From the NCBI GenBank assembly GCA_002633005.1, contig NMRA01000047.1:123224-187223 (forward strand): a stretch of 64,000 bases of DNA, read 5' to 3'. Made by a program: the position numbers and the translations under genes. This DNA comes from Phoronis australis. Taxonomy: Eukaryota; Animalia; Phoronida. Below the pieces are notes generated by a model. That model ran no database searches. It had not been told where the DNA came from and was given only the letters and a program-made list of their open reading frames with translations. Of this stretch, positions 26,975 to 40,620 are shown piece by piece (position 1 is the stretch's first letter; every line of letters begins with the position of its first letter).

Positions 26975-27879
26975 TTAAAGTGGAACTTGCAGGCTAACCC
27001 CTTATCTCTGTGATTGCTTGGCTAAATTTGTCAGAAACACAACATATAGCGACGGCGTGAATATGAAGTACATGTAGGTTGAAAATTCTCCAATGCTTTT
27101 AAGAGCAAGTCAGCGTAGCGAAAATTATCAGCCACAAATCACTGAACCTTGTCCAGGAAGTATCGTGACGTAGTGCTGGAGGAAAACACTACATGATGCG
27201 GGCTACGTGAGCCCGCGAGATACGTTATTAGTGAAAAGGTCACTTATTTGCAGATTTTTTCACATTTACAAGTTGTCAATTAATACAACTGCCCTTTGTT
27301 TTGCGTAGATTATGCTAAAACAGCATAATCGTTAAGTTCCTGCTATACCCCAGCTTAGTTAAGAGCATGCATATAACATTCGCATGTTCATGCACGCTAT
27401 TGCGATACAACTCGATCAGGTTTACCGAGCTTGCATCGTGCGATATGTGACTCGGGCAGTAACTACGATCATATAGCTTAAGAAGAAACGAAATGAACGA
27501 AGAATTGTTTGAAAATAATTTATTTTCGTGAAATGTCACTGTTCTTGAAAATAATTTATTTCTATGATACCACACTGTGCAGATTAATCAACATTTGCAT
27601 TTAAGCACACTCGGTGAATATACAGATAAACATACTAAAAATTTTCGTTAAAAGATGTTGATTTTTCTAAATTTAAAACAAACTATATACCTGAGTTTTG
27701 CTTGTTACTTGGACCGCATGGAAAATTCATACAATCCTTTACGCGATTTCTTATGCGAATTACGACTTAGCTGTCGAAATTTACAGGTATAATTCTACAA
27801 AATAGATTTATACAGTCGCAATGTTAGTAAAACAATTGAATATTCATGTATGTTACTCATCCAGTTGTGGCATAATGCA

Positions 27880-28085
27880 AATAAAATTAATCAATTTGTG
27901 GACTCATTGTATACTAATGATAACGTTGCGTCCCCATCTTGAAGACTTCTACACATCGACTGAAGCCAAAGGCCGACACCTCAGCACATCCGATTCGGCT
28001 TCAGTCGACGTGTAGACATCTTCGAGATGGGGACGCTACGTCATCATTTGTATACAGTTAGTCCAGAAATTGATTTATTTTGATT
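27880..28085. repeat. About 200-bp imperfect hairpin (foldback MITE)
   Basis: Arms GCGTCCCCATCTTGAAGA...TACACATCGACTGAAGCC / GGCTTCAGTCGACGTGTAGACATCTTCGAGATGGGGACGC. Confidence 0.8.
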
Positions 28086-28669
28086 TGTGAAGAAAACCCT
28101 GTCAAAGCTGTAGCGAGTTTTACTGATGATGCTTTTTGCAAGAGATCATAAATTTATAAAGAAGTGTTTGCAAACGTGCCTCAATATTATTACAGTTTTG
28201 TATGGAAAAAGTTCTTTGCGTCTATGACCTTGAATATTAAAAAAATGTACGTAATAAGCACTGCGTCGGATTTCGGCAACCATCAAGTCGTGCAAACTAG
28301 TAAAGCTAATATACTGCATTCAATTCTTTCCATCGATACTAATTACTTACTTAACGACTATTAATGCTACGTAGGACCATAGAAAAAATGTGTCTGTTTT
28401 ACAACTTGAGACATTGATGTGACTCAAACGCTGGCAGAATGGTAGCAAGTAAAATTCACGTTCTCCAGGCTCTCCACTTTCACTTCATACGCCGTGCTTT
28501 TACTGAGTTGCAGATTTTCGGCTTAATTCAGTCCTTTATTGTGGTCAACTCAGGGACATATCGAAATTTAACGAATTAGGAATCACTAATTTTTGACATT
28601 TGTGACAAAATATGAAGTATAGTTTTAATGAAAGACATCTTGGACTAGTAACAAAAGTGAATATAGAAG

Positions 28670-29110
28670 AACAAAAGAGGTGGATTACTCCCCGTCTTAC
28701 CGAGCTTCTGAGTCTGACCCGGTCTCAACTGCAGTTCCTGATGCAGGTGATAACAGGTCACTGTAAACTACAGAAACAGAAAACAATACGTTCCAGCTGA
28801 CCAAAGTGCTGGATGGAAGATGAAACACCAGAACATCTTGTCGGTAGCACTTACCAAAGCATTAGAAAAGAATGCTTTGGAAATAAGACAGTTTCAGTGA
28901 AAACTCTCGTATGTAAGAAAAACATTTAAACACTTGCAAACTTATTCAAGCTGGCTGGTAGATTTTCAGAATATGAGGAGTGAAATAAAAGCGTATAATT
29001 TGTTGCAATGGGGTTGTACAAGGCCTAAGTAACGTGCCGGTGTTTCTGTTTTGCGAACTTTATTTCGCAAAATGCTGGCACCCCTACCCCATTATTACAA
29101 TTATTAGTAT
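28670..29110 (+). mobile_element. Second copy of the same non-LTR 3' end
   Basis: LTELLSLTRSQLQFLMQVITGHCKLQK...KCWMEDETPEHLVG, followed by a 3' stem-loop (TTTTGCGAA...TTCGCAAAA) and an (ATT)-like tail. Confidence 0.72.
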
Positions 29111-29564
29111 TCCATATTCTTTGGTTTGAACAAATGCGGAAGCAGCGGTACATTCGAGAATGACACACGGGGAAGATGCCAGAAAATATTTAGACAGTAC
29201 AGATTTCTCTGTTACCAATCTGTGACAAAAACCAAAATAAAACACGTCGCACATGTTTTAGAGTTCTATAATTACATTATTTTTATAATGAATAAAACTA
29301 TGGACGCAAACAGGAATATAAACATCTGTCTAGGGCTTCTGATGATTTTAACCATTTACATGGGCGCACACGGGGGATCGAACCTAGTGGCCCCGTTTTT
29401 TAGTCCTCGTTTTGATTTTCTTTTTCAGTAAAAGGTCCGCATTCCTAAAAATTCGAGCCCCCCTATATTTATGCTGGGTGCGCGCATGATTGATGTGTAT
29501 GTTTCAATTTTTGCACTAAAACATTTTGACCGGTGATTTGAAAATATTCAAATTCGTGCCTTAC

Positions 29565-31580
29565 CTTTAGCAGAACCATTTTGAGACTTCTACAATTCGT
29601 GAGATATTAACTGTGGCGACCAACTTTTGACAACTGTCCGTGACTGCGTTTACTGCTGAATGAATGCCAAGCCACGTCAGCCCGATTGCGCATGCCACAA
29701 ACTCACCGGGCTGACGTGTGACAGGGGGTGGAAACGATTCCATGGCCGCGCCTCCAAATCCCAGCTTGATTCCCTTAAACTCCAGTCCTGGACCAGCAAG
29801 CACCAGTCACTCGGAACCAATTCAATGCTCGCATGCACCAAAGATAATCCATACCCAGTGACCAAATTCAATACTCAGGGACACTCCAGACTCGACTTTG
29901 TGTTCATGTAGGGAGTTACATTGTACCATCCGTCACAACGCAATCCATCTCGAGGCAAAGTTGAGGAACATGGTCCTTGTGTGTGACATGAAGATAGCCT
30001 GCATTACAGGAATGACCGGAGCTTTCAAAATTGCTTGTAACTGTTGAGTGTTACCTAACGACACAGACCTGTTTCAATTATCAAGTTGCGTTTGACAGTT
30101 ACGTACGTTATGAAAAGTAATGTCTATAGTATGATTCTTTTAAGTAATTTTGGTCACCGTTTAGTTTGATTAGAAAGATTGCAAAGATATTGCCAACAGA
30201 ATACAAGTCATTCGAAGTTATACATGTATTGAGCTTTGTACTCAAATGGGGGAAAATTCCCGACAAGAGGTTAATATTTTTGGCCATCCAATGGATAGTT
30301 TCGAGGTGTCAGTCAACTTAAATTCCAACCAATCAGGGCGCGGGAGATGTAAACTCTGCAGTCGTCCTCCATCTAGCTCCCACTAAACATCCGTTGGTAT
30401 CGAAAGCAGAAATATCTCAAGAATTTGGAATATGCGAGTGAATTTCAAATAATCACAGTAACGATGATAAAAATGCACTGCACCAAAGAAAACCGTTTGT
30501 TTATCTAATATAAATTTTAGCTTATCTTCATTGGGAGTTTTTCAATTGGCAATCATATTCACCTAACAATAATTGATTAACCATTCACATATCCCCCTGA
30601 TTTTGTGACTAAAGTTTCGGTAAAAGCGACAATGGGTGATTGTTGGGCCCAATAATTGCAAAGATTCTATACACTGAACAACATATTCAACTGACTGATA
30701 TATTGAACATTTTAAATTTCAAGTTCAGACACACATGATTTCACCTTAAAATCTAGTAAAAAACCCCGCATGTGTCAAACGTATGTGAAATGAAATTAAT
30801 GTGCGCTTGAAATCTCGCACAAAGTCGATCTGGTTTACAAACGATTTATTATTATACTGTACATGCACACTGGCCTACACGTATTTGCTCAACTGGCAGA
30901 TAATGGGGTTCTCGTGTGTTGGTTCTCAGCGGCCTCCTGGTTAAACCACAGCCTATATTTTTTAACTACTACGGCTATACATGTGCCCTTGGCACCAATA
31001 CATCTAAAAAAAGATAAACATGTTTCTGGAAGGCCAGTAAATGTTACCTTAATTTTTTCGGTCATTATCAATTTCTAGGAAACGCTTAACGCCAGTGTTT
31101 CAGATTTTCGAATACGTGGCTACTGAGCATACAGTTTCAGAAGGTCCCGGTGTAAGAAACGGTGGGACTCACAGTTGTGCAAACCAGATTAAAGTGTATT
31201 GAGAAACAATTTGGCGTTGCATTATTGTTTTAATCACGTGGTGCCCTCTTTTGCCGATGTATTGATGAAGGCAATACTGCATGGCTATCCATAACGAGGC
31301 CGCTCATTAATGGTGGTATTTCCCGACAGTACTTTACATGTACAGACTTCAAGCTTTAGATATTCCCGTAATAAATGGTCGCACGGCGGGACGAGATCTG
31401 GAGTACTTGGGCGACCATTCAAAGTCTCTATGCTTTCAGATAAGGTGGGTTTGCAAAGCTTGTATCGGTGCTCTTGTTGCATGAGTCCGCTGAAGCCAAT
31501 TCATGTGCAGACTCCATAAGTTTTAGCATCTTCACACTTTATCTTGTTTTCAGGTTGCGAAAGAGGGTTGAGGGACTATA
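29565..31580 (-). pseudogene. Possible decayed mannose-receptor-like gene (FN2 plus C-type lectin exons)
   Basis: Splice-bounded blocks on the - strand with FN2-like G*PCSIAF...K..H (about 31330-31170), CTL-like C.AV...W.N...PIICQ (about 31003-30870), and PSDW...SW..AR...TWLG followed by a GTAAG donor (about 29998-29565). Many stops and frameshifts. Confidence 0.3.
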
Positions 31581-32601
31581 CATCTATAAAATTGCAAAAA
31601 CTAAATACAGATTTTGAATTTTTGAAGCAAATCACAATTTTGTTACGTTCATTGTCAAATGAGAAGTATAGTAAAATCCTGTCAAATAAGACGTGTTGAA
31701 TAGTATTTTGCCTTATGTATTTGCAAAATAATGTTAAAATTGCGAGAAGAATTAACAGGTAAAATGTGTAACTCGCAACTGATGTACTCAATATATAATA
31801 AATTAATTCATCTTTCCCATTATATAAGCCAGTGTTGTGCTGTTTTAGTTGATGTAAGCGCTCTGAAGATGTCACGAGGGGCCTTATGAGCATGCGCATT
31901 AAGCGAAACTGATATGAGGCTTTCTTGCTTTTCGCTTTGTCGTGAATGTTGACGATTGAACTAGGAAGATCTGCAGGTATTTATGATATTTATTGGTTTC
32001 GATGTCAAAAAATGGAAGCAATGAACGTGTTGCTGTCGCAGATAAAATGTTTGAGTTAAATTACTCAGATTTGACGTGTTTGGGGTTATTCCGGAAGTGG
32101 CTGGCAGACGGCCATATTCAATGTCAGTTGTGTACCTTTCTCTTTATTATATTATATTGTAGAGGGCTACTTAAAGGTGCCTGTGCTATGAGCGATCTGT
32201 AGGCCTGAACAGGGCAGTCAAATAAGCGGCATGGACACGATATTAACATGGAAATAACATTAAAAAACGAACCAATGCATTCCGAAGTTTCTGGAACATG
32301 TGAGCGCTTTACTGAAGATAAAAATTCTTCACCACTAACTTCAGAATCGGCTGACTCCATATCTTTCTCAATTAACATTGTCGTGGTACTCAACTTCCAG
32401 GAAGTGCGTTGCCATTTTACACGCTACCAACACAGTCGCGTCTATACGAGAGATTGCGGGACTTGTAATTCATTGATTATTATCAGTCACGTGTCTCGCT
32501 AGTCTCGATCCAGCGCGTATTACGCAACTGAAGTGTAATTGAATAGCCGGAATAAGCCTGGCCTGAGGATCGGTAAATAGATTGTGTGTTCGTTGCTGCG
32601 A

Positions 32602-33000
32602 CAGAGGGCTTGGAACAAAAGGGACGTTGCAAATTCAGTTGGAGCTAAATGGGCATTCAAGTTTTTTTCAATAGCAATCACAGTGCTGATTCCATGGTAA
32701 TAAAACTTACGACAATTTGGCAACACTTTTAAACACTTAATTATTGAACAACTGACTGATATACTGTAGAGGTAGTCTGACTGATAGACATCAGTGATAG
32801 TCTTCTCAGTATCGGGTTGACGAACCATTCGCAGTCACTACAGCGACACACCTTCCCCGCATGCTGTTCACTAGCCTGGTGTTATTGTGTGATGGCATCC
32901 TATTCCTGAGTCAGTAAGCGTCTTAAATCAGCCACAGTGGTTGTGTTGATCCCACAGGTATCATTCAGTGTCTCACAAATTTGGTGTTTATCCCTCCACC
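32602..33000 (-). mobile_element. Tc1/mariner transposase 3' fragment with terminal repeat remnant
   Basis: ...LRRLLTQE*DAI.../RLVNSMRGRCVAVVTANGSSTRY* (about 32990-32806) matches the Tc1 C-terminus; a CAG.GGG...AACAAAAG end lies at about 32602. Confidence 0.75.
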
Positions 33001-33847
33001 GTGTTAATCACCAGCGCATCACAAGTGGTGACATTGCTTACCAAAAACAGGAAAATTTGCAAAAAAATTCACTTTAAGACAAATCTCTTTTAGGCAGCAA
33101 ATTTACTGAGCATATCAAAAGTTTGTCAATATGTGGTACTGTTGGAGAGGGGAATGAGCTTTCCATTGGTATGGAATATGATGTAAATCAACCAAAAGTA
33201 ATGAAAACACGGACGATTAAACACAAATTTCCAACGTTTTGTTGTTATGTTTATTTATATCGCATACTGAACGATAAGCATTGCTGCATTGAATCCATCT
33301 GCCTTTCTCGACAAACATAGGCTCTGAGTGGAATTACTTTCTATGCCAGAGCCCAGGTATCCGAGGTCGTGACCTTTTAACAAACACCAGGTCTTTCATG
33401 TTAAAATAATATTATTTACTCAAAGCCTACTGAAAGTTTAAACAAAATAGGAACAAAGTGAATTTTTAAAATAAGATATAAGCAAATGGGTCAGCTTACT
33501 ACGTTCTATAACAAACACAGTTGACAAAGAACTGTAATACCAAATTCAAGTAACTATCCCTCCTGGCTTACCCCGGGCCAGCAATATCTTTGTGGACGGC
33601 ACATCACCGTGCAAATACCATGTCATAAACAAATTACCCATTTCCACACTGAGACAAACATTTATTCAACAACTAAATAATTCAACAATTATCATTGTTG
33701 GAGTGCCACCCCCCGACAGTTACCACCTCATGGTGATCTCAAGAAAAGCACACACACACGCGCGCGCGCGCACATATATATTTGAACGTTGTACGCTATT
33801 TCTACAGAATCCCATATTACTTTGGAATCTCAGTAAAAGAGCAAACG

Positions 33848-36800
33848 TTAGTCAACCACCTCAGGTTCTCTCTTTAAAGTTTCTTTCAACCTTTCCCAGA
33901 ATGCCTCTTGTCCCACGGCGTCGTCTGCTGGCCATTTCAGATACGTACGCGAGCGCAGGAGATTGACAAGGGTGAGAGGTGCGTCTTGAACAGGTATGTC
34001 TTCAAGGAGGATCAAAAGTAAAACGTCTTTCTGCTGTCGACGAAAGATATTCCGAGCCATATGCATTTCGAATATGCACCATTCGCTTTTTAGAAAGTTT
34101 CTACAAGCAGAATTAGAAATAAAGTTACGTGATATTAGTAAGTCATTATTTCAGCGATCGTAAGAGAGAACGTTTGATATCCGTTTGATCTTGCCATGTA
34201 TGCACAAGACAGAGGTGAGGGTTTTGAAATATGTACCAGAAATCTTGGATTAGTTCCTCTTATTGTATTACAAAATACGTTGTAAAAAGGGAGCCAGATA
34301 TCCCTGAATGGAATACCACCGGCACCGTGACCAGAGCTATGTTCCGCGAAGCTAGATTTCTACCGGACGTTGAGGGTCCCAGAGATACTCGCTAGCTGTA
34401 TGAAGACGTATCATAAGTGATGCACTAGATCTCGCTTATTTTTACTCGCGAGTATCTGGCTTTACAGAACGGTCACCTGGGTGGATATCCGGCCGCTAGC
34501 CAGTGAGCTAGTCGTGTGAAGATTATCGTCAAAATACAACTAGGCAACACTGTGTGTAGCTTTGATGCAAAGGTGTATACTAGACATACAGCTTTGCGCC
34601 CATGTGGGTAAAAAATGACCAGATAAAATCTGACACAAATTTAGTGTCATTAAAAATTACACTTTTCCTTGAGTAAATTAAATTATATACTGGTGTTGGG
34701 AAAAATTGGCGTTCTACTGTTATTCTACTGTTAAAATTTTGGTGCAACATTTTGCTTCGGCATGAAATATTGCGTCACCTATTAGCCAGTTTCTTTTTTG
34801 CTGATTCTTCAGTCAACTGTTGTTCTTTCACGAGGTTGCGTACTCATCATAACAAATGGTAGGAACTAATTTCACTTCATTGTAAGTTTTTAAAATTTCT
34901 ATTATAACAAACCTAACTTCAGATAAAATTTTGCTGCCACGAAGCTGTCATCATCTTCCAAGAAATGTTGCTAAAATTTAGGAAATAGCACGTGCGCGAG
35001 TTCACGAGCGTACTCAGTTTTCAAAATCACTGCATACTTTTCTGTGTTACGAAAGACGGAAAATTGTGCAAGGAAAAGTCGTTTATTGCATTTTTCCCTT
35101 AAATGGCTATTACGGCAAGGTGAGTGTCGGTTGACTCTGAGATTTTGCGTGCATTCCCACCGGTCTTAGCTCTACATGTTAATAAAAGTTTCACGGCAAG
35201 GTGACGAGCAGAACTACCCGAGCTGTGTGCCAATCGAGGTCCGTCGGAGCTTAACACAGTCTTCATACAGTTAGGTGCCTGTGGGTTGAGCTCCGACAGA
35301 CCTCAACAAGTTGCACACAGCCGGGTGGTAGTTCGGCTCGTCACCTCGCCCTGAATGTATCAACATGTAAAGATAAGCGGAGATTCGTGCAAAATCTGAG
35401 AGCCAACCGACATTCATTTTGCCCGTTACACCCGTTTATGTGGAAAACACTATAATATATGTCATTTTCTTGCGTAATTCTCTATCTTTTGGAGCAATGA
35501 AACGTGTGTCGTCGTTCGTCATTCGCGCACGCGCTATTTCTTCGCGACATCTGTCGATAGCAGCTTTGCAGCAACATAATCTGTTGCGCACTTAGGTTTG
35601 CTGGCATCGAAATTCTAAAAACTTATAGCAAACACAGGCGCTTGGGTTTATCGCAAATGACGTCACTCAATAATATATATAAGAAAACATGAAGGTTGAA
35701 CACTTAAACTTTGCCAAGCCGAGGCTCTCAACTTCAACCGTCCAAAATCCAAATAAAATCTGCGTGCACCTCCTTCAGTTTGGTGTTGCATAAACCTTCG
35801 AAGCCTTATCTTTCCTAGATCCCATTAACTGCCTTCGTGAGTGGTGAATTGGCGATGGAATTTCCAAAACAATCTCAAAACTCTGAATTCAAGGACCTGA
35901 AATATTAAACATGGCGGATTTCAGTTGTGCTTCAACTTGTACGCCTGTCGTAGGTGAAATTTCGAGTTTGAGCAAGCAACCTATTTTTCAAATTCAATAA
36001 TTGTAATCCAAAACTCAACTAATTGAGAATGTTAAAGTTAGTATTTTAATAATTATTTGTAACTTTATTCCACTGACGGCTCATTTTAGCCCTTAACTTA
36101 GAATTTTATTACATAAACTGGCGTATCTTGTTTCTCATCTTGACATCACGCACTTTTTTGATTGAAGCACAACACACACTCGGCCAGGAAACGCGGTGCG
36201 TGCAAGTATTACAATGCGCGTGGCCGACGAGTTAACTCAATGGTTTTGGCCAAAAGTAAAACCTTCATAACAAATCACAGTACACAAAAAATTCGCATAT
36301 CAATACAGTATCAGGATAATTTATATTTGACACAAATATGTGAGTAATTACATTTATTTGGCAATAAAGTGCTCTCTGCTTCTCATGATCAAGTAGTTGA
36401 GGGATTGACTATGAAAGCCGCGCGAAATTAGACTTTCGGATTTAGCTCGGGAGCGTCCGTCAAAATCCGGATGTGCGAAGACCGTCTGCCATGACGTCAC
36501 GGAATCACTTCCTTGAATTTGTGATTTTGGCATTCTTTTGGCATTTTTGTCGCCAAATCACCACTCGAAGGCAATTTGAAGAGATCGAATGAAAGAAAGT
36601 ATTCTAAGAGTTGTCCGATACTAGTTTCGTGGAGTTACATGCACATTTGAGTAGAAAATTCTGAGCAAACAGATTTCGAGTGTCCAACCTTTATGTTTTC
36701 TTATATATACATTATTGAGTGACGTCATTTGCGATAAACCCAAGCGCCTGTGATAGCAAAGTGAAACCAGTTCGATAATTTGTTGTGACGTCAACGCAAC

Positions 36801-39591
36801 CTCGTGAAAGAACAGCAGTTCATTGAAGAATCGTCGAAAAAAGAAACTGGTCAATGGGTGTCCCAATATTTCTTGGCGCCGAAAGCCGACCCAAAAGATG
36901 GCACCAGATTTTCATCACCAAATAACGGTAGAATTAAAGTCAATTTTTTCAACAACGGCAAATAATTTCGTTTATTCAAGGAAGAGTGTGGTTTTAAGGA
37001 CACTAATTTTCTGTCAGAATTTATCTGTTTTTAACCACATGGTAGCAAAGATGTATATTTAGTAACCAGCTTTGAACTAAAGCTCCCCGGCCACTTGCAA
37101 GCAGACGGGTTGCTCCACTTTACCTTGACACAACAAGCATGGAATGACGACTGCTTTCGATTGCATCTATAACATTCTCTTCAATGTTTCTACCGGGAAG
37201 GAAGTTTCTGTAGTGAATACAAAGACCAAAGTCACTGTTCTCTTCTAGTCTCGCTCTCAGCACGTCATGCACCCAATGGCGATCTTCGGAACTATAAGCA
37301 ACGAAGGCGTCAAATTGGAATCTGCGCAGCATATGAGAAGGAGAACCACGAGACCTCCTGGCAGCAAAAACAATCCAGAATCTAATAGTCCATCTATGTC
37401 GGTATACAAGGCTTCCAAGCGTGATAAGCAGGGCTATAATTATCGACAACGATGTTGAAATTACAACCCAAGTAAAACTAGTGCATTTGCGTGATAGATC
37501 GTGCAAGTCAACTTCTCGTACATACATGCCGTGCCCAACGTCACAGCGGTAATGGTCTGCGTCCAAGAGAGTGACCGTTCTTGGTTCTGACGACACATTA
37601 TGGAACCATTGCAGAAATGGGAGAAACTGGCAGGACGAGCAGTTAAAAGGGTTGTGCGAGAAGTCAATTGAAACGTTTTTCCCGCGCCATACTCGCAGGG
37701 ATACTACAGAAACTATTCGAATCAGGTTTCTTGAGAAGTTAACAGTCTTCAGCGATGGCATTTCCGTTATGTTCATACAAGGATTGCCTATGAAATTACG
37801 CGAAAAATCCATAAACTCAACTGAATTTTGTTTAAAAGACTTGACTGCGTAAAGTCTATTGCGATGAAGAATAATTGTTTTAATTTTTGGTAGTTCACTG
37901 AACACTTCCGGATATAGTTCGTCCACGATGCTGTTGTCTGTCAAATCTAGATGCGTCAAGTTGTTTAAGTTTAAGAAGTGTTTCCTCTTCTGATCTCGAA
38001 ACATAACGTAGAGCTTGTTTCCTGTGAGAACTAATTTCTTTAAAGCAGGAAATGCTTTGTATCGGTCGACGTCTATCGTTGAAAAGTCGTTATATCCCAT
38101 GTTGAGTACTTGAAGAGAGTTGAAGCATGGATAGGGGTAACCCTTGATAGGCCAATATTTAAAGTTGCTGCGACTTAAATCTAAGTACTTTAGCTTGTTC
38201 TTAAAACAATCCAAGTAATACACAAAAACACCAGGTCGGAAAGTCCCTCGCAATATCACTGTTGAAAGATTTGGTGGAAAGGCAATCTTGATATGACGTA
38301 CTTTGCTTTCGGCCATGTTAGCCCTATAGTTAGTCGAATGGTTCGCGAAGTATTTATTAGGTTCTCTTACTTCAGATGATCCGTAGTAGTCAGTTGTCTC
38401 ACTAGTGATGTGCCAATAACTAGCGTCAACGAACGTCAAATTGCTCATTTTTGCAACGTTTGTTGCAAATATTTTCAAATTTGTTTCTTCGCCTGATGCC
38501 ACGAGGTTGTTTCTGCCGATGTAAATCGTCCTCAGGTAATTCCAATTATCATTTAGATTATCAGATTCGATCATGGTGATATGGTCTTGAACAAGGGATA
38601 AATTTTGTATTGGAAGATGCTTGAATACAGACATCATTTCTTTTGTCAACATTGCTGGATTTAAGAAAGGATTTATGTACTCCAAATCAAGGTGAGTGAG
38701 AGGAGATATCAGATGTCGTAACAAATTAACGGATGCATTGAGACCCAATTTTTTGTTGAGACCAATGTCAAAACTTTGAAGTCTGGTAAAGTGTGACAGC
38801 GCAAATTCTTCAATTTGTGCGATGCGACACCTGCGCACTGAAAGCGCTGTTATGTTGCGTACGTGCTGAAAGGTGTTTGCTGGAACAAATAGTGGGCCTT
38901 CTCCTGGTGCAAACATAACTATATTTCCTAGTGCTTTGAGAGCCTCGAATTTTTTGTCAAATATGGCTACTCTGTATCGTTGTTGGTTGTCTTCGTGAGC
39001 CACACTCTCGTTGTAAACGAAATCCATGGTGAGATTTTTCAACTTGCTCATTGTTGAGAATATCTGACTTGGATATTTCGTATTCGCCTTTTTAAGAACC
39101 TGATTTTCGATAAATAAAGTTACCAAATTTGACAAAGGTTTAAATGCTGCTGACGGTAAGGCATCGTAGCTCAAACTATTGTTATTTAACCGGAGTGATT
39201 TCAGAAGCCTAACTCCATTAAAAGCCTTTTTTGAAACTTCTGTTAGGTTGTTTTTCGACAGATCTATGAATTCGATATGTGGCAAATCTTTAAATGCGTT
39301 ATCACAAATTTTTCTGATACGATTACCACTTAGATCAATTTTAATACATTTCCCGTGTTTACACTTAAATGTTATATGTCTTGGTATGGTCGAAAGTCCC
39401 CTGTCTGAACAGTCAATGGATACATTGTCACTCAGTAATTCACATGAGTATCGTTTGCCTGATACCATTGGGTGGATAAGCACGTGACCATCTTCCCCGT
39501 GAATGCTGCCAAGATCAGATGTTGATGGTGCAAACAGTACGAAAACACAGCATCCAACGAGTATCTGTGGCACTTTGTAGCAATTCCCCAT
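33848..39591 (-). CDS. TLR: Toll-like receptor A (single cysteine cluster type), intact, 2 coding exons, about 906 aa
   Basis: Exon 39591-37124 encodes a signal peptide, LRRNT (CELLSDNVSIDCSDRGLSTIP), LRRs, LRRCT (NPFNCSSC...YRC...C), a TM helix (WVVISTSLSIIIALLITLGSLVY), TIR box 1 (FDAFVAYSSED) and the BB loop (HYRNFLPG). A phase-2 GT-AG intron spans 37123-34101. Exon 34100-33848 encodes RNFLKSEWCIFEM...TYLKWP...FWERLK...stop. Confidence 0.96.
34580..37060. mobile_element. Large foldback (palindromic) element in the TLR-A intron, with its right arm interrupted by the 35633-36752 element
   Basis: 34880-35260 is the inverted copy of 35275-35630, and 34580-34880 is the inverted copy of 36760-37060; the centre is near 35265. 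Confidence 0.8.
35633..36752. mobile_element. Non-autonomous TIR element with an 8-bp TSD (hAT- or P-like) in the TLR-A intron
   Basis: TIRs of about 70 bp starting CACAGGCGCTTGGGTTTATCGCAAATGACGTCACTCAATAAT; perfect TSD ATAGCAAA at 35625-35632 and 36753-36760. Confidence 0.9.
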
Positions 39592-40350
39592 GTCCTTTTG
39601 ATACAGATTTGATGCTTCTCTTCAAACCTGAAATATCGCGATGGAGTCAATGAATGAGTGGATGGGTAAATGAACTTGTCAATAAATGTGTTCATTAGGT
39701 TACTTGACGTGGCCAACAGGTGGCGTGCAGACCAGACTTAAAATACTAATGTGTAAAGTGCTGTATATGTTTGTCTAATTTAGAAATTTCTTTCGCACGA
39801 TCCTCCAATCCTGCCTATTCGTGCACAGGAAATTTAAGTATCTTTGCAACACCATCTAAAATTAAAGAGGTTATTAATGAAAAAGATATTATTTGGGGAA
39901 CTCTAAGCTTAAGAATCTACTGAGGCGTTTTATACCTCAAATAAAGAGTTTACCCACAACATGCAGAAGTTTCGGCATTTTATTGTCATTTTTCATGAAA
40001 AACAGATAGTGAAACCGATAGCAAGTAACGTGTTTCACTAACACAATCGTCTTTCTGGTTTCATGATCAGTAAAATCCAAATAGACTATCAAAATGTAGT
40101 TCCCAAACCCGGAACCACGACCAGCACACAACTACCAGACCGCGGAGCACCAAAATATCTCCAAATTCTAAAAACTGAGTGAAACGTAAGAGATGATACA
40201 TTTCACTGTTGGCCAACATTAGCTTCTACATTCACCAAATCTAATTAACACTGGTAACTTGCTCATTATGTAATGGACCAAATCTTATGTGAAAAAGGCG
40301 AAATGCCGCTCATGGAATGGATGGCATAAGCGGTGGCTGTAAACAGCTAT

Positions 40351-40527
40351 TGACCTATTGCAAGCTCCGCCCCCATGCGAAAATTCATGTGACTTCAGAA
40401 AAACAACTAATTTTACTCGACGTGTTGTTTGTCGTGTAAAATGGCGGCTTGGAAACGAAGGTGTGTCAAGAATGCTGCCTTCTGATTGGTCAGTTAAGCC
40501 ACCACTTATAATCCTGGCTATAGGTTG
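40351..40527. mobile_element. About 180-bp MITE derived from the 3219-4940 element family
   Basis: The start TGACCTATTGCAAGCTCCGCCCC matches 3219-3260. The end ...AAAATGGCGGCTTGGAAACG...TGATTGGTCAGTTAAGCC...ATAATCCTGGCTATAGGT matches 4845-4940. AT flanks both sides. Confidence 0.8.
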
Positions 40528-40539
40528 ATTGCCCAGATA

Positions 40540-40620
40540 TCGGGGCCTCAGCAGCTGTGAGCACTAGACCGGCAATCTAGAGACCTGTGGTTCGATTCCC
40601 ACTTGGGGTTCTGATTTTTC
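40540..40620 (+). mobile_element. tRNA-derived SINE-like head
   Basis: CTAGAC-CGGCAA-TCTAG stem followed by a B-box GGTTCGATTCCC. Confidence 0.45.

Noticed and set aside
37267-39487. Plus-strand ORFs conserved between the two TLR copies
   Set aside because: They are antisense shadows of the TLR coding sequence, and their conservation follows from the duplication.
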